Source: Psammoneis japonica (Eukaryota). Taken from it: a DNA stretch of 64,000 nucleotides. A program made the position numbers and the translations under genes. The stretch is from positions 248,001 through 312,000 of the forward strand of contig QPGO01000048.1 in assembly GCA_008632985.1 (NCBI GenBank), read 5' to 3'. Below the pieces are notes generated by a model. The model was not told the origin of the DNA, made no database searches, and was given only the letters and a program-made list of their open reading frames with translations. Positions within the stretch are counted from its first letter, which is position 1, and every line of letters starts with the position of its first letter. Shown here in pieces: positions 40,573-52,669 of this stretch.

Positions 40573-41185
40573 AATGGGCAATCGACCACGGGCACAACGA
40601 AAGAATCGCAGAAACAGAAGAAAAAAGAACTCGATGAGAAGCTGGTGCTTGCCACACCCTCTCAAGAAACTCTGGAGGAGCTGGCGGTTGCATGCACAAC
40701 AAATCCAAGCCCGGGTGACACACTCCAATGCGCCTTTTGCCTGAGCAAGTCGGGTGAAAAATCGGAGCTTCGACATGCTGTCACAATCCTGGATGGCTTG
40801 GTCAAGGATGGACGCGAACATCAGTGTGGCTGCATGCGCTCCAGTGCTGTGGCATTGTGTCTTTTGAAAGAATGCGATGATGCATGAGTGAGTTTGCAAT
40901 GTGCAAGTTTGACTCGCGGGGAAGTGTTGGCGCACTTTCGTTTCTCACATCATGTTGTCGCCTCTGTTCATCTGTCTGGTCACGGTGCAAAGCAATCCCA
41001 AGAACAAGGCCTGAGAGTTGACTGGCAGCTGAGCTGCATTTGGCGTGCACAGCCGGAGCAGAACAACAGGAGGCAGAACAAGTCAAGAAAATGGCCGTTG
41101 GAGGGACAGCTGCAATTGCTGCGGTTGGAGCAGTTGCTGGTGTTGCTTCCATGATGATGTCCAAAAAGCAGCCAACATGGCTGAG
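40573..41185 (+). pseudogene. FIS1: Fis1-like (mitochondrial fission TPR, tail-anchored) mutated copy, with intron remnant at about 40888-40975
   Basis: T.QCAFCLSKS...AVTILDGL...CMR.SAVALCLLKECDDA / SRCKAI...P.S..A.ELH / C-terminal MAVGGTAAIAAVGAVAGVASMMMSKK. Confidence 0.7.
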
Positions 41186-42775
41186 AAGCCTGTTTGTGCT
41201 GGAGAGGAACGCACACTGCAGCCTGAGAAAAGCCAGTTTCTTTGGATGTGATCCAGCTCTTTGCTGGAACCGGTTTCTGTTTTTCTAGTCGGAAGCAAAG
41301 ACGAAACGACAATGGGCACAAGAGAGGGATTGCGAAATCTTTCGCATTGGTCGATCAACCTCAGAATGAATTCACAGGCAGCAGAAACAATCTGACCACC
41401 CCAGCTTTCCCAAAGAGAAAAGGGATCCATTGGCCTGACGGCAACAACAGCTCCGGCGGAGATCTCGTTTGAATTGTCCAATGACTGCAAAACCCCCAGT
41501 TGTAAAGGATGCTTGCGCGTTGCTGTGGAGCTGTCGTTTGGAGTGGAAGGAACAAGATTCAATGTTTTGCCATCCTGTTGCAATGACACGTCGATCTTGA
41601 ACAGCAAGAAACACAAAATGATCGTTGCTTGTAAATCCAGTCTCTCTAAAGAGACCTTGCCACTGTCACAGCTTGAATGGTTTCGTCCGTGCTCCGCCGC
41701 AGCAGCGCAACTCGCGTTTCCTGGCTGCTGATGAAGCTGCTCTAGACAGTGTCACTGGTTTGAATGGACTGGCTTCGCAAGTGCTCCACTCGATGGCGCA
41801 TCTCGCGTTTCAAGCATGACTTTCCATGCGTGTCACTCTTGGATTGTCACGAAGAATTGTGGTGCTGACATGTTGCTTGAGATCTTTCTGCTTCATTTTC
41901 CTTGCGACGCTTTGCCTGCATTCGTTGGCTGTTGTTTGAGCTTTGGTTGTCGACAAAGCCAGTTCAGTTGTTGGTTCTTTCGTCATGGTTGGCAATTGAT
42001 GATGGAGCCAGCGTTGATCGCCCTTGAGCCCTTGAGCGACAACCGAAACAGCTTCGAATTTTGTGCCCGGCCCGACAACCTCACTGGATTGGCCCGCTGC
42101 TAGACTGCCTGCATTGTGCACAAGCGAGAGGGCTGCCACTTTAATGTTGCATTTCAACACCCCAATCAGCGGCCATTCGTTCTGTTTGCTGATTTGTGAA
42201 ATGAAAAATGGCACGCTGCAACCCAAACCAGCGCACGCAACACAGAACTCTTTGCTCTTGTGTGCTGTGTGCGTGCTGTTTTGTTGAAAATGTGAGTCGC
42301 CATGACTTGACTTTTTATGGTCCTTACAAATGTGAATGTTTGAAATTGCAATTCAGGGGCATCTTTCCTCGCTCAGGGTTGACTGCCTGCAGGTCCTGCA
42401 GTTTGATCTTCGTACACAAAAATTCAATTTTTCGTCGTTGAAATCAACAATTTGATTTCGGTGCAAAACACTCATGCTGTGTGCACACACGTGATAATTT
42501 TTCTTGCAGAAAGCTGCAATTTGATCTCGCAGAATGAGCATTGGTGGCGGATGCAGCATTCAAAAGTGCTTGCATGGCGGCAAAACAGAGGAATGATGGC
42601 AACGATTTGTGGGTGCGATCGCAGATTCAAATCCATTGTTCACATTTAGGGATTGAACATCAATGAATCAAAACCCCCGCTTTGTCCCCTCCTGCCATCT
42701 ACAATTCCCCATGGCGCACTCCTCGCCGCCCGCCACCTTTCTTTGTTTCTTGCCTTCAACTCATGCCACCCAACG

Positions 42776-44337
42776 ATGTTCTCTAGTCCTGCTCCTGCTC
42801 GACGTTACTCCAACGTCCCAACCGCTCAATTTCCCACTCCCGGCGGATTCACCTCGGCAGGCACTGCGTCGACGTCTGCTCACCGCAGTGTTGGATCAGC
42901 TCCGCAGATGGAAACCAATCCGTTGCCAGGGAATGAGCAAGTGCTTCTAGTGATCACGTCGAAGGAATGCATCATGAATGCAGCTCCGAATGGGCTCGGC
43001 GACGATGATGCGCAGCATGTGCTCCAAGTCGGGAACGACAGGCACGAGACCCGCATGTTTCTGGAAGATGTGACACTCGGCAACCCTCTAAGAACCGGCT
43101 CCACGCTCGCCCGCCTGAAGAATGGGCTGAACAAGTCCAAGACACTCATCCCTTTTGTGAGGGAAAACATCAAGAAACAGATCCTTGAAACCGAGAAGCA
43201 CCTCAACGACCTCAAACAATCAGAGATGGTCGTTGCGGAGCTGGAAGCCGTCACCGTCCCAGAGGCTAGCACCGCATTCAAAACAGCCATGGCCCTTCAC
43301 GGCGGAGAGAAATGTCCAAAGATCACCTGTGATTTCTTGGACAGGCATTTCATCATTCATGATGAGGTCAAAGTTGAATCAATCTCATCTGGCACGCACT
43401 TGAAGGAACCATGTCACTGTGTTCCCACGTCATTTGCAAGTGCCGAGCATCTTTGCATCCGTTCTCTCTTGACATTGCAGAGAAGTTTGCTGAGACATCT
43501 GATGTTACTACGTGGGATGACATTGATTGCAAAGACGGTGAAGAAGGTCTTTCAATCTTGAGCTTCATGGGCTCCAAGGCAAGTAAAAACGCAGACTTCT
43601 CCAGGAACGTGGATCATTGCCGTGGCCTTGGAATCATCGGACCCGACTTTCCTCGTGACTGCATTGTCGGGTCTAGAATGCACACCGAAGACACGATTCG
43701 TGGCCTTCTTGGTGTCTACCTTCGTAAGCTCCCTGAAGACAAGCTCCACTGCACCTTCACTCCCCGCAAGCAGGGTGAACTTCCTGGGAATTGCTGGATG
43801 CCCAGGAATGCCAACGCTCCTCCTTCCGCTGTCATTCAACCGACCAACCAAGCTGTTTCGACACCTGACATTACCACTGGCTCCCCGAGTGAGTTTCTCT
43901 GTTGAGTGTCATTATCGTGTGCTACAAACATTTGCTAACATTCTGACCTTGCTTTCTTCTTAAAAGGTGAAATCGCTGCTCAAATCCCCCTCACGTCGTG
44001 GAACGACATTGAGCAACTTGAAGCGCAAGACAAAGGCCGCACCGTGCTAACCACTCTAGCAACCGGTCACTACGAGCAAAATCCTCGTTTCACGGTGATC
44101 CTACAAGGCCTCATTAGTCGTGGGGTCCTTCTCAGTGCTTTTCCTACCGATGCGGTTATTCACCACGAAAACCTCCCGACTGCAGTTCGCGTGGGTCTCA
44201 TCGGAGTATACCTTGATCTCCTTCCGAAAGAAGCTAGTGATCACCAGTTTGATCACAGGATCACGGACAACACGAATCCGTGGAGCAAGGTGGCCCGTGG
44301 CCGCGGAATGGATGCGGAAGCTGAAGATCATCTCTGA
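42776..44337 (+). pseudogene. Three-exon orphan gene with internal repeat; 5' part TpA-depleted
   Basis: Open exons with intron-like gaps (about 43366-43480 and 43888-43966); repeated unit TWDDI...FP.D......T.R.L.GVYL..LP. Confidence 0.5.
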
Positions 44338-45219
44338 GCAAGTGAGCGAGCGCCCATCACTAGCTTGTCTTGCACGTTCATACATTTATACATAGACTCA
44401 TGAAACCTGGGTTATCTACCCAAGGAACAGAGAAAGGCATGCACAACACTACAGCGAAAGAACGTATGATTTAGAATAAATCTATAGAAACTCACGAAGC
44501 TGACGAAACCCATGTCGTCGAATTCCCTATAGTTGCATCCTATATCTTATGCATGTTCACAAATCATAGCAATTTCTGTCGATCTGACAGCAGCACACAT
44601 TGTTCGATGATGAGCCTACAACAGTGTAGCAGCGCGTGACGCAGCATGATGTACTGAATTCATCTAGCCATCATCTTCTAGGTCTACTCTTTCATTTTGG
44701 CGGCCTCGAGCTCGCGCCTGTGCACATGTGATGTACTGTATGTTGAATGAAGCGCCGTGTGTCCAGAGTACCATAATAGCCGCGACAGGTGACAGAGACT
44801 TATTGCGCCCTCTACAATCTCTACAATGTCAGCACCCCCCGCTACAACCTCCATCTCTCAACTTTCACGCCCTACTACTGTCTATGGGCTCCTGCTGTCT
44901 ACTGCATCCATCAGCGTAGCAGTCAGTCTAAAATGTAGTTCTTAAAGTGGAAAAATGAGTTTGACAAATATTTGGTGTTGCTGTGTATGTATTGATTTTG
45001 ATTTGAGCTATACTAGTGTCATCCGGTTGTTGGCTCTCCGATTCGCCGAGTGGCACTGTGTTGCTTGTTGACATGAATATATGTATTGATTCTTTTTCTT
45101 GATTTCTTCTTCGGTAATAAGAGCACTACAAGAGCGCGTTCTTCGGGTGCATGCAGTGACTAGGAATAAGTTGACGGGAGAACGTCATCTCCAAAAGAAT
45201 GAATTAGCCGAGATAGCCT

Positions 45220-48200
45220 TCAAGCTGCGTCCGGAAGTGCTTCGTTGTCGTCCGCAGTTCCGGTACGTACAAGTTTATGAGGGTACTTGTTGCGCAGATG
45301 ACCGCCACCAAAGTCGACCTTCACCATCACATCATGCAGTTTCACCACCTTTCCTTCCGTCGTTGCCACCAGGGTTCCATCGTCGTATTGGACAAACTCT
45401 GCAACAATGGCCCCCACTTCGCGAATGTCGTCACCAGGCACCAAAGTTGGTCGAGCGTTACCATTGGCGTTGGCCTCGTCTTGGGCTCCAGCAACGGTGA
45501 CTTCGAGTACGGCAGGATCGGGTTCTCCTTCTCCAGTGGCCTCCTCCGCTTCGGCTTGTGGTTCATCGCCCTGTGCTTCTCCGTTGGGTTCCTCCGCTTG
45601 GACTCGGCCTTCGGTTTCATCGCCCTGTGCAGGAATGGTCGGCTCGCCCTGGGGGGCGCTCTCTTCGTCTTCCGTTTCTGCTTCTGCAAGTTCATCACGA
45701 GCCTGGGGCGGTCGGAGTTCCGCGTGCGGGCTGTCACCATCAATCTATTAGAACAAGAAGAAGATAGAAAAACGGGTGAGAGGAACAATCAAGGTCCCAG
45801 CAACGTCGACAGTACAACAGCACGACACGAGCACTTACAACAGCGAGTACATTTCGAAATTCCTCGCGACGAGCCGTAGCTTCCTCCCGGGTCTGCTTGA
45901 GCTCTTTCATGAAGGTCGCCATCTTCTTGACTACTTTTTCGCCGTCCATCACCACGAACTGCCCATTGATCTTGTAGTCAACGTCGCCGTCTTCATCGTC
46001 AAACTTGACAATGCGTCCAATTGCAGCACCCTTGGCGACAAATAGCTGAAGATTCGCCGCTTCCTTGGCGTTGAGCTCCATAATACCGGTCCCGCTGACC
46101 TCGAAAAAGGCTGTCACGAGAGAGGTGAAAGCCAAATTGACGACACCAAGACACTTGCGCAACGGATCGTCCGTAATATGGAGATGAAGGCCATCGTCGA
46201 CGTAGTCAAACAGATCGTACCCGTCTCCATGGAGCTCGCAGGACATCAAATGAACAACGCATTTGAATGGCGCGATGTATTGGCATTGTTCGTCGGTGAG
46301 CTTGAAGTTCTTAATGCAAAATTTCTTTAAATGCGTGACTTCTTGGACAATTTCGAGGGTGCGGTGAGTCAAGAAGAGGTCAATCGAGCCTTCGCCCGTA
46401 TGCTTGGTGAAGGTGATCTCACGCATCTTGTTACAGACAGGAACAATCTTGCCGGCCACAATGTTCGCAACGACGCCAAAGAGGGATGGGTCTTGCGTCG
46501 CGATTGCTAGAACAACGACATCACCGTCTTCGTACTCGGTTTCGATTTGCAACACAAAGTTGTACTGAAGTCCAGACATCCCTTGGCTGATGAACTCCTC
46601 AAAGACCCCCCATTCTCGCCCGTCCAAATCATTCTCGTACATGAAAATTAAATGCGTTTGGTCTGCAAGGCAAAGCAACACACACTTCATTAGAATCTCA
46701 AGTGCATAAAAATGCAGTCACCAGATGGCACAATGACACCAAGAGAAACTTACCATCGTCGTCTTTGTACACCATGCATCTTTTGCCAAGACGGGGAACG
46801 CCGGGATCCGAGTCTCCACCAAATGCCTTGATGAGAACAGGGGCAATCGTTAGCTTGTCCACTTTGTAGGCTTTCGGGACATAGTAGAGGCGGTTTTTGA
46901 TCGCATCTTGGAATTCCTCAAGGTTCCTAAGCTTGTTGATGTTTCTATTGCCACGCAGCTTTCCACTAACACGAAGCTTCTGCGCTTCTATCGAAAAGTA
47001 ATCCTGGATCTCTTCGAACTGGCACTCAATCGCGGGCTGTTGAGGCGGATCCTGAGGAGTTGCAGGCGGATGGGGAGGTTGTGGACTGAGAAGGGCTTGT
47101 ACGTCCTGTCGAAGAAAGCATGGGAAAATATCTTAAGTGTGAGAGGCCGAAGAAAAAGGAATTGTATTGAACAGGGGTACAATAAACACGACGAGCAATG
47201 GCTTACCGGCAGGACGCGGCCTCCACGTGCAGCATTGGCCGGTGGGGATAGTTTGCCGCCGCCAGTACCACTACTTTCAGGCGACGTCACCGTTTCAGGT
47301 CCTCCAATCAAAGATGAGCGGCCACCAGGTCCTCCCATCGTAGATGAGCGGCCTCCGATATCGGCAGGCGACACCAAAGCTTCTTCGTCTCCGCCACCGC
47401 CTCCTGCAGACGACTCCATGGCGTCATGGTACACAGTATCAGTCGAGTTGGCTGGAGACGGGTTAGCAGCGAGATTGTCGTCCGTACCAGCCATACCACC
47501 AGGTGGTGGATCGTGATTGCCACCGGTAGAGGCTGCAGGCGACTGCTCCGTACCACCGGCTGCTGCTGCTGCCACATCACCAAAGAGCTCCGCTTCCAAG
47601 TTGACGGCTTGTACGTCCCCGGGTCGTCTTGGTGAATGCAATGGGTTTTGGGGATCTTGTTCTCCAACACCAGCAGAAAGGGGAGTACCACGCGGACGAC
47701 GATTCGCAACTGCCGACTGAAGGATCTCCGTGGTGGTGCCTTGAAGGGCATTCACATCACTATGGATGGCATCCTGACCTTCCTGCATTGCATCCTGTCC
47801 TTTCTGTATTGCATCCTGACCTTCCTGCATTCCTTGGAGCTGTTGTCGGATGCCAGCAAACTCTTTCATGACACGATCCACAGTTTGTTGAGGGACTTGG
47901 GCTCGCTGTTCTTCTTGGCCGTGCTCCCGAACTGCTTCTGCCACCGCATTCTTGATATCTTCCGTACTCGCTCCATAGTTGTAGTTGTTGATGAGGTTTC
48001 CATGAATGGCGTGTCCACTGACATTATTCGTCACGTGCTGAGGTGGACCAGCAGCAGCACCACCTCCAGAAAGAGCAAGTGCTGATTCGTCCTCTCCAGC
48101 TCTAGCTCGAATTGGAATAATAGCTCCATCTCCGGATCGGCGGCGCTGCGTGTCTTCAATGGAGAGGCGGCGGTTTGCAGTTGCAATATCCTCTTCGACT

Positions 48201-48731
48201 GTGGGTAGATTCTGGTGCAATCGAATTGCATCATCAAAAGCGGCGCGCTTCCTATCAGAGAAACCACCTTCCGGTTCAAAGCAATAAGTGATCGAAACCT
48301 TGCTTGGTAGACTGGAACGAGCTTCCAGTGGCTTTCAGGTCTCGAATCCTCATCGTTCCACCATTGTTGACAATCTCCGTGCGTAGTTCTTCTTAGTAAC
48401 TCTCCGGGAGCAAGACGTGTTGCCGTTGAGTTGTAGCCGTGGCCTTACGAATGATGGTATTGCCGATAACTTCATGAGACGCTACATATCCTTTAAAGGT
48501 TTTGTACGCCCAATGTTGGTTGGATGGAAGGCGCCTTAGCTTCCTGTAGAGCATGTCTTTTTGGTTAAATGACAACTCATCTTTTGAGTTGATAATGACC
48601 ATGGCCTGAAACATCCGTGGGTCGACACCCACCGAACTCAACACCGCTTGAATGGAGGCAGAGCTAAGCAGCTGGTTGACATTGACAACTCGATCATAAT
48701 CACTTCGGTATCCCAAACTTGGATTCACCAT
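45220..48731 (-). CDS. Large multi-exon hypothetical protein (coiled-coil, LRR-like middle, acidic tail); 5' structure uncertain
   Basis: GT-AG introns at about 47205-47107, 46754-46663 and 45838-45746 join long open frames; stop at 45220. Confidence 0.6.
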
Positions 48732-48964
48732 GGCGACGAGAAGTGAATAAGGTCGACGAGAAGTGAATAGAAGTAATAAGGTCGTGATCACAGATGCTGA
48801 TTTCTGATTTTATGGAGAGCGGTGAGATCTTGGTGAGATCGCGACGACTGACCCCCTTTGTTTTTGCCTTTTCTGGATTCTTTTTCAGCATATGATTGCA
48901 AAAAGTGTAAAAATAAAGCATGATTTGATTTCTGTATTTATGCGGCGATTCTGGAAAAATCTTG

Positions 48965-49148
48965 AAACAACACGACAATGGCCGAAATGCCGTTCATTCT
49001 CGAAAATTGAACATCGAGGCTGGCAAATTTCATCATAAGGCCTAAGTTCATTGTTCATATCAAAATCGATAAACTTACGACGAAATTTTCCAGCCCCCAC
49101 GTTCAGTTTTCGAGAATGAACGGCATTTCGGCCATTGTCGGCGTTGTT
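48965..49148. repeat. Long imperfect palindrome
   Basis: 48973-49012 matches the reverse complement of 49101-49140 at 39/40; arms continue inward to a loop of about 35 nt. Confidence 0.9.
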
Positions 49149-49735
49149 TGCACGATGATGCGCAGAACTCGCGGACAAGCCGTTTGTGATCTTTTCAATA
49201 AATCTTGTTAATTTTGCAAAACAAATTCTAAAATACTCAAAAAATGGCGAAAACAAGAGGGATAGTGGGAAAATCAAATTTCGCCTGTCCTACGTGGGGA
49301 GGAGGAATAATGGAATCTGAATATTCTACTCAACCGGTTGAATGGAATATTTGTTGTACCAGACGATTTCGTAGCTTCTACGTGGGTCTTGAGTTAGAGG
49401 ATGAAGCGTTGGAAGGAAGGCTGAAACTAGGTGCCAGGTGCCATCCGATCCTTTTTGTTTGGTTCTCGAGGCGGGAAGAGAATGATATTATCTGCAATGT
49501 TGGGTATGAATTAGAAGTACATTTTATATTATGTTGCTGCAAGCTGTGTGGTAGGTACCGGTATGGATTGAAGCTATGGACGACATCAGCGACAGAAAGT
49601 GCAACAAGAAAATGCATGGTTTTGTACACCACACCAACTCGACAACGACGACTGGACAGCAACTCCTTGTATTATCTAAAAGATGCAATGGAAAGGCCGC
49701 GCCGTGCTATCTATCCTAGCAATAGGTCAATAAAG

Positions 49736-49872
49736 TACGAGCAAAATCCTTGTTTCACGGGTCCTTCTCAGTACTTTTCCTCCCGATGCGGTTATTCGCC
49801 GCGAGAACCTCGCGACCGCAGTTCGCGTGGTGGGTCTCAGTGGAGTATGCCTTGATCTCCTTCCGGAAGAAA
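49736..49872 (+). repeat. Diverged copy of 44070-44233 with internal deletion
   Basis: tacgagcaaaatcct..tttcacgg / gtccttctcagt..cgatgcggttatt..gcagttcgcgtgg..ccttgatctccttccg shared. Confidence 0.85.
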
Positions 49873-49882
49873 CACATTGCAC

Positions 49883-51577
49883 ATGGCCGATTCATCAGCA
49901 ACCATGACACCACCGCCGCTGCTCGACGCACTCATTATTGGCGGTGGTCAGGCCGGTATGGCTGCAGCCCACCGTCTCTTGTCTCTTGGTTACCATACTA
50001 TTCTCGTGATTGAGGCTCATGGTCATGTTGGAGGTCGCACCCGAAACTTTGACGTTGGTTCTGACACCTTTGACACGGCAACGGACAACGCCATTGAACT
50101 CGGAGGCACATGGCTGAGTCCCAATCATACTGCGGTTCTCGATCTATGTCGAGAATTAGATATTGATGTGTTTCGAGCGAGTTTTATTATGGACGACGAC
50201 AAGGAACAGAACAAAAACGACGCCCAACAAGCAGACGCTGAATGGCCTTGGTGGTACTGGGGACCGGATTATACAGAAAAAGAAAAGCAAAGAGAAAAGG
50301 ATAAAATATTTCACAACTCGGCGAATATCAATCAGCAGCAACAAACGTTTCGGTTTCAAAGCCCTCGAGAACTCAAGGCTAAAATGGATCCAAAAACATT
50401 GGAGGATCTCGAGCGTGTTGGTAATACAATCAACGCCGCGACACGGTCGGTAGAGAACTTGCATTGGAAGACATCCGTGCCAGGAAAGGATTGGTCCAAC
50501 ACGGATACTCACACGACGGGTGGAAAACTCTTTGGGTCACTTTCTACAAATGACGGCCGCAACATTTTGAGAAGTGTCATTCACAACAAGAATGCTCAGG
50601 AACCCGAATCTGTAAGCTGGCTTTACAATCTCATTTCCTTTGGGGGTGAAAACAGCTCCGGACCCGACAGTGAGTATCGTGTCCGTGGAGGAACGCAAGC
50701 CATACCATTAGCCATTGCAAAGCAGTTGGGACAGGATCGTTTGACTTTGGGTGATGCTGTCCAGAGTATTCATGCTGATAGTACTTTCATTGCAGAATGC
50801 AAGACGTCGTGTATCAAGGTTGTCACAAGGAGCGGCAAGACCTTGTTCAGCAAAACCGTCATTGTCACGGGATCTCCACCCGCGATACAGGGCATTGATT
50901 TTGATCCTCCTCTACCCGCTCTACATGCCCAACTCTTGGATAGAATGCCCATGGGCACATCACGCAAGGTCGTTGCAGTCTACAAAAACGGCCCGTGGTG
51001 GCGTAAGTATGGCTTGACGGGTGATATTCTAGCAGCAAGTTTACCAAAGGAGTTGTCTATCGAGGTGGAGTGGAAGAAACAAAGTGGCGAGAAGACTGTG
51101 GAACGAATACCGATATTTGGACAGTGTTTTGATACGTCACCCTTTTCACAACAGTTTGGTGTCCTTACGTGTTTTGTCGAAGGCAGAGGCAATCTTTACT
51201 TCTCTGGTTTGAGTCAAGAGAAACAAAATCAGCTCGAAAAGAGGTTCCTAAGGCATACGTTTGAAAACTTGCCGGGGTTAGACGACCCACGTAATAAACC
51301 TCTGTGGGAACCCGACTCGATTGTCACATACAATTGGGCTGATGATCGATACATTCGGGGTGCCTACACGGTATATTTTCCTCCAGGGGTGCTGTCCGTC
51401 CCCGAATGGTGGCGGGCCTACCACGAAATGGAAAAGCTCCCCAATGTGTTTGTTGCAGGTTCGGATTATCATTGTGGGTTCGGAAACGGATATATCGAGG
51501 GAGCTGTTCGGTCGGGACAAGCGGCAGCGGATCTTGTCGATGAGAAGCTGAAGGGAGTAACGACCGATTCTAAGTGA
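49883..51577 (+). CDS. Flavin-containing amine oxidase (MAO family), intronless
   Basis: IIGGGQAGMAAA, EA..HVGGRT, ELGGTW, GGTQAI, W......GAY, GYIEGAVRSGQAAA. Confidence 0.9.
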   Translation: MADSSATMTPPPLLDALIIGGGQAGMAAAHRLLSLGYHTILVIEAHGHVGGRTRNFDVGSDTFDTATDNAIELGGTWLSPNHTAVLDLCRELDIDVFRASFIMDDDKEQNKNDAQQADAEWPWWYWGPDYTEKEKQREKDKIFHNSANINQQQQTFRFQSPRELKAKMDPKTLEDLERVGNTINAATRSVENLHWKTSVPGKDWSNTDTHTTGGKLFGSLSTNDGRNILRSVIHNKNAQEPESVSWLYNLISFGGENSSGPDSEYRVRGGTQAIPLAIAKQLGQDRLTLGDAVQSIHADSTFIAECKTSCIKVVTRSGKTLFSKTVIVTGSPPAIQGIDFDPPLPALHAQLLDRMPMGTSRKVVAVYKNGPWWRKYGLTGDILAASLPKELSIEVEWKKQSGEKTVERIPIFGQCFDTSPFSQQFGVLTCFVEGRGNLYFSGLSQEKQNQLEKRFLRHTFENLPGLDDPRNKPLWEPDSIVTYNWADDRYIRGAYTVYFPPGVLSVPEWWRAYHEMEKLPNVFVAGSDYHCGFGNGYIEGAVRSGQAAADLVDEKLKGVTTDSK

Positions 51578-51600
51578 CTTCTATTCATGGTCTAGACGAT

Positions 51601-51787
51601 CTATTTCATTTCCACGACGATCTTGCCACGAGCGTGACCGCTGCCAAGACTTTCCAAGGCTTATTTCTGAACACCCTCCTGCGTAAATGGCAGTGGCGCC
51701 GAGGGATCCAACGGAACCTTGAGTGTTCCCTCCTCCATGTGCTTAAGAACCTTTGCACGTCGATTGTTTTCATCCATGGGAAACACC
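51601..51787 (-). pseudogene. C-terminal fragment of MDR/quinone oxidoreductase, frameshifted
   Basis: MEEGTLKVPLDPSAPLPFTQEGVQK then 4-nt insertion relative to the 55.3-kb copy, followed by SGHARGKIVVEMK. Confidence 0.65.
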
Positions 51788-52577
51788 AGAATGTATCCGG
51801 GATTCCTTACTCCAAAGAGCCAAGTGTACAATGGTCGCATGGGCAAATGAACAATCGCTAACGGGCTCGAATCCCATTTTCCATTCCTCGTCCTTTTTGT
51901 GTTTCATCGCATGGGAGGTTCTACGACTGCACCTGTGAATGCTTGCCACTCCCATGTTCTCTAGAACTATGATAGAGAATTTTATGGTATGATTCCTCGG
52001 GATAAGTATGCGCGAACTTTTGCGTCTGAGCCACTGGATGCCGCCGCTCGTTGTATCTACTTTTAGCTTCTTCACGGTGTCAGCATCAGGCGCGGTGTCG
52101 AATGAGTTTCTTGATTCACTTGTTACTGTTATAAAGTACGGTATATCTACGCGGTTCGTAGTTGTACGAAACCAATGACCCAAACAGGATACACGCTGAT
52201 CCGATTTTGCTTCCTAAAAATCATCAAAATTGGGAGTCCCACGACCCAATTCACCCCGCCTCTGCTTTTCTAGCGCCTCTCCAATTACCTGTCGTGTGTT
52301 GCCATCCCCTGATTCATACATGTCCTTCATGAGATCCATGATCCCATCTGCGCGGTTCTCCTTGTTGTTTAGTTTGCTTGCAGCTTTTCGCTTGTCTACT
52401 CAAATCTCTCCAGAACTCACAGCTCCAGAAATCCGTTTTGTTCTTGTCCAACTTGACAATCACCTTGTCCGCTTTCACCACGCGTTTCGAAAATTCCGGG
52501 TCAATGTCATGCGACAAGCTGTCCTTGGTGAGGCGATGAGATTTCCCGTTCAACTTCTTGCCGACCAAATCAAATGA

Positions 52578-52669
52578 ACACTTGGTAAAGGCACAAGCCA
52601 CTTGATCTCGAGGAATTGATCTGACACTTGGTAAAGGCACAAGCCACTTGATCTCGAGGAATTGATCTG
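52578..52669. repeat. 46-bp perfect tandem duplication
   Basis: acacttggtaaaggcacaagccacttgatctcgaggaattgatctg twice. Confidence 0.95.

Noticed and set aside
22330..43860. Alternative genetic code or RNA editing as the cause of missing Tyr
   Set aside because: TpA is lost in all frames and in non-coding DNA; neighbouring genes use the standard code.
36852..52669. 31-bp and 46-bp repeats as CRISPR-like arrays
   Set aside because: Two adjacent copies each, no spacers, eukaryotic context.
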